A stretch of DNA of 64,000 bases, taken from positions 1 to 64,000 of the forward strand of contig JBGAON010000002.1 of NCBI GenBank assembly GCA_044221725.1, given 5' to 3'. Positions within the stretch are counted from its first letter, which is position 1. Each line of letters opens with the position of its first letter. The notes below the pieces were generated by a model. The model made no database searches. It worked only from the letters and a program-made list of their open reading frames with translations, and was not told where the DNA came from. The position numbers and the translations under genes were made by a program. The DNA comes from Elusimicrobiota bacterium (lineage in GTDB: Bacteria; Elusimicrobiota; Elusimicrobia; F11). Positions 18,777 through 27,167 of this stretch are shown piece by piece.

Positions 18777-21530
18777 ATGCTAACCGTTTTGTCTGGCTCG
18801 TTTCGATCCGGTCTCGAGAACGCGTTCGTCGAACGGGTGCTCGAACGAAAAAAAGATCCAATGTGTCCGCTGGCGGTGATAGCGCCATCGACTCGACTGC
18901 TGGACCGGTTGCAGCTGGCGTTGGCGGGCTCCGAGCGTTCCTTCCTTAATATATCGTTCCATACCTTTGCATCGCTCGCCGAGAAAATTGTCGAGACCGC
19001 CGGAAGTCTTGAGAAGCCAATCCTCAGCGATCCGTTGTTTTTCGACACGTTGGTGAAACAAATAGTTCGTGATGATAAACCGTTTCGTGAATTCGAAGAG
19101 ATCGCGATTCCAGAGGGGTTCCCACCCGCGGTTCGCAGTACGTTACGGGATTTGTTGGACGCCGGGATTAACGAGGAAAATGTTTTCGCTGCCGTTCAGG
19201 AGGAATTTGCTGGACAGAATGTCGACCTCGGGAGTTTGCGCAGCTTGTTGCGGCTTTACCGAATTTATTTGGACCGCCTCGAAAAACTTCCGGTGTTTCC
19301 GCGCTCGGAGTTGGTTCGTCGCGCAACGGATCTGGCGGCGACCTCGGAGTTTCTTAAGGGCTTCGACGAAATCCTTTATTACGGCTTTTATGATCTGACC
19401 GGCCTCCAGGTCGATTTTTTTCACGCAATCGTCAAAAATTTTCCGTCACGATTTTTCTTTCCGTACGAGCGCGACAATCCGGCGTTTCAGTTCGCGAAAC
19501 GTTTCCGCGACACATTTGTCCAGCCGGTGATGACCGACGAAATCGTTTTGGATAGGAAAACTGCGCAAGCGCCTTTTTCGGTGACGAACGTTTCTGGTTT
19601 TCGAGACGAAGCGTGGTTCGTGGCCAACGAAATTCGGCGTTTGCACGATGACGAGAAAATCGATTTCTCGGATATTGCGGTCGTTGCGCGCACGAAAGAA
19701 CGGCTTGGATTTCAATTGCAAGAGGCGTTTTATGATCGACGCATCCCGTACGGAACCGCGAATCGTTTGCCGCTCATTTCGTTTCCATTTGTTCAACGCG
19801 CGCTCGACCGTTTGAACGCGCACGCGCTGGCCGAGCAAATTTTCGAATGGGCCGAAGCGATTGAGATCACCGAGAAGGTTCTCGGTGCGCTCTTCGAAGA
19901 AGAGTCAACGTCCCCCGAAAACAAGAAGTGCCTTCTGGATGGGGTGCACGCATCGAAAGAGTTCTCTTATATCCAGCCAAAGACGCGGTGGGACGAGTTT
20001 GTGCAACTGCTACGGGATCGGTGGACACGCACCGACGTGGCGGACGCCCGCGCGACCCACGTAGGCGTGTCGTTGCTCTACGCGGAGGCGGCGCGCGGCC
20101 TTTCGTTCAAAGTGGTTTTTTTGATTGGCGTTGAAGAGAAAGTTTTTCCGCGCGTGGTTCGCGAAGATCCTTTTTTGCGCGACGACGCGCGTTTTGCGCT
20201 CAATCAGACGCTCGGTCATAAAATCGGCCAGAAACTTACGGCCATTGAAGAGGAGCGGTTGTTGTTTGAGCTCGTAACAACCGCGGCGTCGGATCGGCTC
20301 TATCTGGTGTATCGCCGCACCGATGACGATGGCGGTATCGTCGGCGCCTCGCCCTTTTTGCGCGCGTTCGCCGACGAACATGGTTTTGTGCTGGAGGATC
20401 ACGTGGTGTCCGTTCCGCGAACCTATTTTGAGAAAGTCCGCACGGCCCATCCCGCGTCGCTCGATACGAGCGACGTGGTCGCGGGTTTGTTGGCGAGTGC
20501 CAGAGAAGAGGAGGCGCTAGCGTTTGCAAAAGAGCTGGGCCGTGACCACGAGGCGCTCGCGCGTGGCCGGCGATTGCAAAAGGCGATTCATGCGTTCAGC
20601 GATCCCGGTGTTTTTGATGGGCTTATCGGTTTGGTTGCGACATCCGAGGCCTTTGTTGGCGGACGAATTTCGGCCACGGCGCTTGAAACCTACCGGTTGT
20701 GCGGATTCAAATATTTCGCAACACGCGTGTTGGGACTTTCCGAAATCGAAACCGATGAAATCGAGAGCGGTTTGCGCGCTGATGTGCGCGGTCAACTCGC
20801 GCACAAGTTCCTGGAAGCCTTTTATCGTCGCTTAACGCAGGATGGGGCGTCACCAATCTCGAACACGTGGTCGCAAAAAGATTATGACGAGGTTTTTGAA
20901 TCGGTGGTCCCGGTCGAGGTTCCAGCCGACCTGACGTTGCCGCCGCTCGTGTGGCAAGCGACTCGAAAATTGTTGCGTGAAGAACTTGCTCGGTTTGTGC
21001 GCGACGACGTGTCGCGTTTCGCTCCCGATTGGCAGCCCACTTATTTTGAGAAAGTTGTTGAAGGCACCTTGCCCGCGCCCCTCGGCAGCACCAGATGGGC
21101 CGCAAAAATTGATCGCATTGATTTGTCGTCCGACGGCATACGCGTTGTGGACTACAAGACGGGCCGTCCGTTCAAAGGGAAAACCGTTTCCGCGCTCGCG
21201 AAAAAAGGCGAACGGTTGCAGGCGCCGGTTTATCTTTCGCTCGTGCAAGCGACGCTCGAGAAGCTCGGACAAAATAAAAAGAATGTGGAGTTCCAGTACC
21301 GATTTGTTAGCGCGCCGGCGCAATCGCGTACGTTGAATCAGCAGGAATGGACCGATGAAGCCTCGCACATGCTGACGGTTTTGAAATTGCTGGCCGATGC
21401 GGTCCAGGCCGGCAACTTTGGAATGAATCCGGGCCGGCATTGCGATTTTTGTGCGGTCGTGCGCGCGTGCCGGCGCCACCACAGTATTTCGGTTTATCGC
21501 GCGTCCGCGCCGATGGAAAAATCCTCGTGA
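18777..21530 (+). CDS. addB: AddB/RexB-like nuclease subunit (PD-(D/E)XK, Fe-S staple)
   Basis: Degenerate helicase N-terminus; ISATALETYRLC, KIDRID, VVDYKTG, CDFC.....C. Confidence 0.85.
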   Translation: MLTVLSGSFRSGLENAFVERVLERKKDPMCPLAVIAPSTRLLDRLQLALAGSERSFLNISFHTFASLAEKIVETAGSLEKPILSDPLFFDTLVKQIVRDDKPFREFEEIAIPEGFPPAVRSTLRDLLDAGINEENVFAAVQEEFAGQNVDLGSLRSLLRLYRIYLDRLEKLPVFPRSELVRRATDLAATSEFLKGFDEILYYGFYDLTGLQVDFFHAIVKNFPSRFFFPYERDNPAFQFAKRFRDTFVQPVMTDEIVLDRKTAQAPFSVTNVSGFRDEAWFVANEIRRLHDDEKIDFSDIAVVARTKERLGFQLQEAFYDRRIPYGTANRLPLISFPFVQRALDRLNAHALAEQIFEWAEAIEITEKVLGALFEEESTSPENKKCLLDGVHASKEFSYIQPKTRWDEFVQLLRDRWTRTDVADARATHVGVSLLYAEAARGLSFKVVFLIGVEEKVFPRVVREDPFLRDDARFALNQTLGHKIGQKLTAIEEERLLFELVTTAASDRLYLVYRRTDDDGGIVGASPFLRAFADEHGFVLEDHVVSVPRTYFEKVRTAHPASLDTSDVVAGLLASAREEEALAFAKELGRDHEALARGRRLQKAIHAFSDPGVFDGLIGLVATSEAFVGGRISATALETYRLCGFKYFATRVLGLSEIETDEIESGLRADVRGQLAHKFLEAFYRRLTQDGASPISNTWSQKDYDEVFESVVPVEVPADLTLPPLVWQATRKLLREELARFVRDDVSRFAPDWQPTYFEKVVEGTLPAPLGSTRWAAKIDRIDLSSDGIRVVDYKTGRPFKGKTVSALAKKGERLQAPVYLSLVQATLEKLGQNKKNVEFQYRFVSAPAQSRTLNQQEWTDEASHMLTVLKLLADAVQAGNFGMNPGRHCDFCAVVRACRRHHSISVYRASAPMEKSS

Positions 21531-24500
21531 TTGTGGAGCGCGCGGCCACGGCCGACCAGCAGGATCGCGATATCGCGACGTTCAAGCTCGACAAAAACAT
21601 TGTCGTGTTGGCCGGCGCCGGAACCGGCAAAACGACACTTCTCATCGATCGACTGACGTCGCTTATCATCGGTCGCGAAATTCCAATCGAACGCATCGTG
21701 GCGATCACGTTCACAAAAAAAGCCGGCGAGGAAATTCGCGAGCGATTGGAAGAACGATTGCGCTTGATTCAAGAAGGTCTGTTCGCGAACCCCACGTTTG
21801 ACGAGGCTTTCGGCCAAAATCGGACGAATTGGGCGAAGCTCGCGACAAAGGCACTTGATGATATTCCAAAGGCGCAGATTGGAACCATTCACAGTTTTGC
21901 GTCGCATCTGTTGCGGTTGTTCCCGTTGCAGGCGGGTGTGGATCCAAAATTCCGGGAAGATGAGGGAATGATCGCGGAGTCGGTTTTCAATCAAGCGTGG
22001 GGCCGTTGGATGAACACGGAGTTCGCCAAAGGAAGTGCGAACGAAACCGCGTGGTTGCCTCTATTGGAACGATTGTCGGTCGATGAGATCCGTCAGATTG
22101 CGTTTCAGCTCGTTAATCCGTTCGTGGAATTTTCCGCTTTAAAAAGACCTGTTGAGCTGGCGCCTGTCGTTTCGAAGATTGAGCGAGAATTTGCGCTCCT
22201 GAAAAAGGAGTATCCGCTTCCAACGCGCGCGCCGGCGTTTCTTCCCGCGCTTGAAGCGTTGGCCGCGGTACTCAAATTTTTGAGCGAGCGAAAATCGGTA
22301 CCCCTCGATCTTTTGGAGCTTTTGGATGCTCTGAAAAATCCGCCGACCGATTGGAAGCCGGTCAAACAGAAATTGATCGAGATAAGAAACGTAACGGTGA
22401 CATTGGCGCTTGTTGATGAAACGCTTTTCAAACAGCTCTTGGAGCTCCTTATGCCACTCGTTGATTCGGTGCGGAGGAAGCTGGCGCAGACGGGAGCGGT
22501 CTCGTTTGATGGATTGCTTGTTTTTGCGCGCAATCTCGTGCGCGATTACAAAGACGTTCGCGAAACGCTAAAGCGCCGGTTTGCCACATTCCTCGTCGAC
22601 GAATTTCAAGACACGGATCCTTTGCAGGGAGAAATTCTGTTTTTCTTGGCCGAAGCAGAAAACGGTGGCGCGCAGCGTTGGCAAAATGTGCAGCTGCAGC
22701 CGGGTCGCCTTTTTGTGGTGGGAGATCCGAAACAATCGATTTACCGGTTTCGCGGCGCCGATATCGCCGCGTTTGAAGCGTTTGAAAGCCAAATGAAGGA
22801 ACAAGGTGCGTTGTCGGCCACGCTTTCGGTTAATTTCCGCAGTGATCCGGTGATTTTGGATTTTGTGAACACGATTTTTCCCACCGTGATGCACGAAGAA
22901 AGATTTTTGCAGCCCGCTTACGCGCCGCTCGCACCGTGCAACAAAACGCCGACGCCGAGCGCCGTGAAAGTGATTCGGCTCGCGGCCGAAAATGAAAAGC
23001 TTTCGGCGGCAGATCGCCGTGCGATGGAAGCCAATGTTATTGCCGAGTGGGTTTCCGAGCAGGTGAAAAACGGTGTTCGCTATGGCGACATGGCGCTTCT
23101 GCTGCGCAGCTCGTACGCGTTTGATTCGTACTTGGAGGCTTTCCGGCAACACGGAATCCGTTATCTTGCGGAGGGAGAAAAGACATTTTATCGCACGAGC
23201 GAGGTGGTGGATTTTTTGAATCTTTTATCGGTCGTCGCCGATCCGTCGGACCGGCTCGCGTTGGTGGGCGTTTTGCGATCGCCGGTGGGCGGCATGAACG
23301 ATCGCGAGATTTTCGAACTAACGAAGCAGAACAAGTTAAACGTTCGACACTTTGCCACGCTGCGAGAATTGGCCGAAGAAGCGCGCGTTCGCCCGGTGGG
23401 GGAAATGATTCGCGAAGTGTTGCGACGCACGTGGACAAAAGAATTGGTCTCAACGTCGGCGCATGGCGAACAGGCGGTGGCAAACTTGCTGAAGATCGGG
23501 CAGCTGGCCGACGCATGGAACGATCAGGCGCCGCTCACTCTAAAGCAGTTTGTGCAGCGTTTCGAGAAATTTCGCAGCGAAGAACGCGATGAGGGCGAAA
23601 ATCCATTGGCCGATGTTACGTACGATGCGGTTAAGGTTTTGACGATTCACAAGGCGAAAGGACTCGAGTTTCCGGTCGTTATTCTGCCCAATCTTTCGGC
23701 CGGGGAGCGGCGAGGCATGGATCGCGATCCGATAAAAAGAGACTGGCGTACGGGGCTTATCGGGCTTCGGCTCGCCGACAGTGGCTGGACGAATGCCGCG
23801 ATGGCCGTGATCGAGCAGCAAGAGGACCGTCGGGAAGAAGCCGAAGAGATTCGCGTTTTTTACGTGGCGGCCACACGCGCAAAATCAAAATTAATTTGTT
23901 TTGTTGATGCTCAAGCGAAAGAGCCAACGCGATTTGCGGCAACCGTGCTGGCAGGTCAGGCTGTCACCGGCGTTCTTACGGAGGATCTGCAAAAGGACAA
24001 GGAACCCTATCGCGCGTTTGCGCCTCAAAAATTGGATGTCTCGTTGAAATGGATTCCTTCCTCGCTGGTGAACGCGTTTCGTGAACGTGAGCGCGAATTC
24101 GAAATATTGAGCCAACAGAGAGTTTTCGCGTCGCCCACGTTGCTTCTTTCTGAGCCAGAGAAACTACCGTTCCGTTTGGATGATGAAGATGTGGCGTTGG
24201 CGCGCGACGCAGCGATCAATCTCGGTCATGTTTGTCACAAGGTGCTCGAAGAATGGGATTTTGGCTCCCAGGCGTCGTCTCACAAAAAAGCGCTTGCGCT
24301 CGGGCTGCTGCGCGCGGCAAAGCTTCTTGAGCTGGATCCGGCGTTGGAAACCAATGTCAAAATTCTCGAGGAAGCCAACGGCATTCTTGCGCCGTTCTTT
24401 GCGTCCGAAATTTATGGACGGTTGTCGAAATCGGTGATCGTCGGCCGCGAAGTGCCGTTTCTTTATGCGGCCAGCGATCGGCCTTTTCGCGCGATGCGCG

Positions 24501-24709
24501 GGTTCATTGATCTGCTTTACGAAAAAGACGGCCAGCTCATCATCGCCGATTACAAAACCAATCGGCTTAACGAGCGGACCGAAAAATCATTGATCGACCA
24601 CTATCGTGTGCAAGGGCGAGCTTACCAAGAAGCGGTGTTCCGTTCGCTGGGTCGAAAAGCCGAGTTTGAACTTATCTTTCTCCGCGGCCCCAAGAGATTT
24701 TTTGTTTAA
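21527..24709 (+). CDS. addA: AddA/UvrD-like helicase-nuclease
   Basis: AGAGTGKT, VDEFQDT, VGDPKQSIYRFRGAD, TIHKAKGLEF, YVAATRA, GFIDLL..ADYKT; GTG start overlaps the addB stop. Confidence 0.9.
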   Translation: MIVERAATADQQDRDIATFKLDKNIVVLAGAGTGKTTLLIDRLTSLIIGREIPIERIVAITFTKKAGEEIRERLEERLRLIQEGLFANPTFDEAFGQNRTNWAKLATKALDDIPKAQIGTIHSFASHLLRLFPLQAGVDPKFREDEGMIAESVFNQAWGRWMNTEFAKGSANETAWLPLLERLSVDEIRQIAFQLVNPFVEFSALKRPVELAPVVSKIEREFALLKKEYPLPTRAPAFLPALEALAAVLKFLSERKSVPLDLLELLDALKNPPTDWKPVKQKLIEIRNVTVTLALVDETLFKQLLELLMPLVDSVRRKLAQTGAVSFDGLLVFARNLVRDYKDVRETLKRRFATFLVDEFQDTDPLQGEILFFLAEAENGGAQRWQNVQLQPGRLFVVGDPKQSIYRFRGADIAAFEAFESQMKEQGALSATLSVNFRSDPVILDFVNTIFPTVMHEERFLQPAYAPLAPCNKTPTPSAVKVIRLAAENEKLSAADRRAMEANVIAEWVSEQVKNGVRYGDMALLLRSSYAFDSYLEAFRQHGIRYLAEGEKTFYRTSEVVDFLNLLSVVADPSDRLALVGVLRSPVGGMNDREIFELTKQNKLNVRHFATLRELAEEARVRPVGEMIREVLRRTWTKELVSTSAHGEQAVANLLKIGQLADAWNDQAPLTLKQFVQRFEKFRSEERDEGENPLADVTYDAVKVLTIHKAKGLEFPVVILPNLSAGERRGMDRDPIKRDWRTGLIGLRLADSGWTNAAMAVIEQQEDRREEAEEIRVFYVAATRAKSKLICFVDAQAKEPTRFAATVLAGQAVTGVLTEDLQKDKEPYRAFAPQKLDVSLKWIPSSLVNAFREREREFEILSQQRVFASPTLLLSEPEKLPFRLDDEDVALARDAAINLGHVCHKVLEEWDFGSQASSHKKALALGLLRAAKLLELDPALETNVKILEEANGILAPFFASEIYGRLSKSVIVGREVPFLYAASDRPFRAMRGFIDLLYEKDGQLIIADYKTNRLNERTEKSLIDHYRVQGRAYQEAVFRSLGRKAEFELIFLRGPKRFFV

Positions 24710-24750
24710 GCCGAAGCAGTAAAAAATCAGATTCGTACGTACTGGGTTTG

Positions 24751-25833
24751 ATGACACGTCACCAAATCTACGATTATTTTTTCATTGCTCTGTTGCTCGC
24801 TGCGCTGGCCGGTGTCGCGCTTGTGTTCTCGCCATTTTTGGGGGCCCTTTCGGCGGCGTTCGTGTGCGCGCTCACGTTTTATCCGATGTACAAATCCTTT
24901 GGTCTGTGGTGGCCGCGGTCGAGCGTTCTGTTTCGCGCTGCGTTGGCCGATGTGCTTGTTTTCCTGTTTGTCGTTACGCCAATTCTCGTGTTTGCTTGGA
25001 CGGTGGTACAAGAGTCAAACGATCTGCTACCGATTCTTAAGCAAGGGAGAACCACGGTCGATCAGATTCGCCGCGACGGCGACATTCCAACAGCGGCGTC
25101 ACTGGTGGTACCCGTGCGGAGCTTTCTCGCAAAGTCGTTCGGTATCTCTCATGACGAATTTCGGCGCCAAGTGGTGGGGGGCATCGATCGGGGATTGCAG
25201 TATTTCACGGGGTTTGGCACGGCTTTTGCAGCCAATTTTTTTGGTTTTCTTATAGGCCTTGTGGTGATGTTTTTTTCGTTGTTTTTCATGTTCCGCGACG
25301 GCGAACGTTTTTACGAGTCCATCGTGCGATTGGTGCCGTTGCGGCAAGAGAACAAAGATATGCTCGCACAGCGCGTGCGCGACACGATGGTTGGTGTTGC
25401 GCGTGGCTGGCTGCTTGCTTGTCTGCTGCAAGGGGTGCTCGCGGCGCTCGGTTATTTAATAATTCGAGCCGACGGCGCCTTGATTCTCGGCATGTTGTCG
25501 GCGCTCATCGGACTGGTTCCGGTCGTTGGTACGTTCGGAGTTTGGATACCGGTGGGAGTTTTTTATCTGGTCAAAGGGGCGTATCTCAAAGCGATTTTCG
25601 TTTTTGGCTGGAATGCTGTTATCGTGGTTGCGCTCGTGGATACCGTGATTCGTCCTTATTTGGTGGGCAAGCGTGCGGAGCTTCCATTGTTTGCCTTGTT
25701 TTTCGCTTTGTTGGGCGGAATCGAGATTTGGGGTGCAAAGGGAGTTATTTTGGGGCCGCTGCTTGTCGCCATCGCGCCGGTGCTGCTTGAAATTTACCGA
25801 GAGCGATTCATTCGAGATCCGAATCAGTTCTGA
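24751..25833 (+). CDS. AI-2E family transporter (PerM-like)
   Basis: Multi-TM; FFMFRDG, PVVGT, GGIEIWGAKGVILGP. Confidence 0.9.
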   Translation: MTRHQIYDYFFIALLLAALAGVALVFSPFLGALSAAFVCALTFYPMYKSFGLWWPRSSVLFRAALADVLVFLFVVTPILVFAWTVVQESNDLLPILKQGRTTVDQIRRDGDIPTAASLVVPVRSFLAKSFGISHDEFRRQVVGGIDRGLQYFTGFGTAFAANFFGFLIGLVVMFFSLFFMFRDGERFYESIVRLVPLRQENKDMLAQRVRDTMVGVARGWLLACLLQGVLAALGYLIIRADGALILGMLSALIGLVPVVGTFGVWIPVGVFYLVKGAYLKAIFVFGWNAVIVVALVDTVIRPYLVGKRAELPLFALFFALLGGIEIWGAKGVILGPLLVAIAPVLLEIYRERFIRDPNQF

Positions 25834-26192
25834 TCGTCGCGAATGCGTATCATCGTGACCTGATTCTTCTTTACCACGTTGAGATCCACACGCTCGCCGG
25901 TGCGCATGTCCGCCATGTCGATGATTTCGCCTTTGCCATTTAAAATTCGTGCGGCCGCCGCGTTAAACGTTTTCGTTGTCCCATTGTTGTTTTTTACATC
26001 GACGTCTCCGGACCCGGTGTCGATACGTTCGAGCGTGCCGTTAACAATCGTGCCGTCGGGCGGCGTTCCGTTGCCGCTTTTTGCCCGCTCGATCTGATTT
26101 TGCGCCATGCCATTTGCCGAAAGACTTAGAAACGTAAAGCACGCGATGGAGTAAACAGGTCCCATCGGTTTTTTTATTCTTAAAAATGTCAT
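25824..26192 (-). CDS. Small secreted beta-strand (OB-fold-like) hypothetical protein
   Basis: SD GGAGG; signal-like N-terminus. Confidence 0.65.
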   Translation of the reverse strand: MTFLRIKKPMGPVYSIACFTFLSLSANGMAQNQIERAKSGNGTPPDGTIVNGTLERIDTGSGDVDVKNNNGTTKTFNAAAARILNGKGEIIDMADMRTGERVDLNVVKKNQVTMIRIRDDQN

Positions 26193-26284
26193 ACGGCCTC
26201 CAATTAATTTTCGTACGTCACGTTGGCCGCGGAAGTTCAGTTAGGTAAAATTTTAAGCAACATTTCCAAAAAAGGAGAAAAGTC

Positions 26285-26755
26285 ATGGCAAAGCCTATTC
26301 CCGACGGTTATCACTCGATTACCCCAAGCCTCACGTTCAAAGACACGAAAGCCGCGGTGGAGTTTTATCGCAAAGCGTTCGACGCGAAAATTCTTGACGT
26401 GTTCCCGAACCTAAACGGGCAAGGGATCATGCACGCAACCCTGCAAATCGGAAATTCGATCATCATGATGGGCGACGAAATGGGGCCGACAAGCAAAAGC
26501 GCGGAAACGGTCGGTGCGTCTCCGATCAGTCTTTTTGTCTATGTCTCCAACGTCGACGAAGCGTTCAACAAAGCCGTTCAAGCCGGTGCAAAAGTAATTT
26601 ACCCGGTGGCCGAAATGTTTTGGGGGGACCGTGCCGGAAATCTTATGGACCCGTTTGGGTACCAATGGATGATTGCCACGCACAAACGCGACATGACAAA
26701 AGATCAAATCAAGAAAGAAGCCGAAGTGTTTTTCGCCCAGATGGCGAAAAAATAA
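26285..26755 (+). CDS. VOC/glyoxalase family protein (PhnB-like)
   Basis: PIPDGYHSITP, HATLQIG, MFWGDR, DPFGYQW. Confidence 0.93.
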   Translation: MAKPIPDGYHSITPSLTFKDTKAAVEFYRKAFDAKILDVFPNLNGQGIMHATLQIGNSIIMMGDEMGPTSKSAETVGASPISLFVYVSNVDEAFNKAVQAGAKVIYPVAEMFWGDRAGNLMDPFGYQWMIATHKRDMTKDQIKKEAEVFFAQMAKK

Positions 26756-26880
26756 TGAGCATCAGATTCCAAAAATCGATCTGCAAGTTGTGGTTCGAGA
26801 ACGTCGCTTTGCCCGACCTGTGAACTCGGTGGTCCTTAAAAAAAGCTCCGAGAACGTTGACATGTTTGCTACACTTCCGC

Positions 26881-26957
<77 letters not shown>

Positions 26958-27011
26958 TTTAAAACCATAGCTTAAGAGCAGTTAGGAAAACTTAAGTCAG
27001 CTTACATTCTC

Positions 27012-27046
27012 AAGGCGATTCGGAGTTTTTCCGGACCGCCTTTTTT
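27012..27046 (+). terminator. Probable intrinsic terminator after tRNA-fMet
   Basis: aaggcgattcgga-gtttt-tccggaccgcc imperfect hairpin followed by T6. Confidence 0.6.
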
Positions 27047-27119
27047 GTTGCCATCCCATCCAGATGACGGTTCCCTGTTTGCTCGATTTGTTGGATTTTT
27101 GGTGTGTTTAGTTATGATG

Positions 27120-27138
27120 CCGATCAGTAAACCGATCA
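27120..27138 (+). repeat. 19-bp motif copy (CCGATCAGTAAACCGATCA), putative integrase arm site
   Basis: 18/19 identical to 44675-44693. Confidence 0.8.
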
Positions 27139-27167
27139 CTTCATTGAGCGGTCGAACGAATATCAAA

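Noticed and set aside
27045..27167. N-terminal extension of the zinc-ribbon ORF
   Set aside because: The TTG start overlaps the terminator T-run and spans the arm motif; ATG 27168 is more plausible
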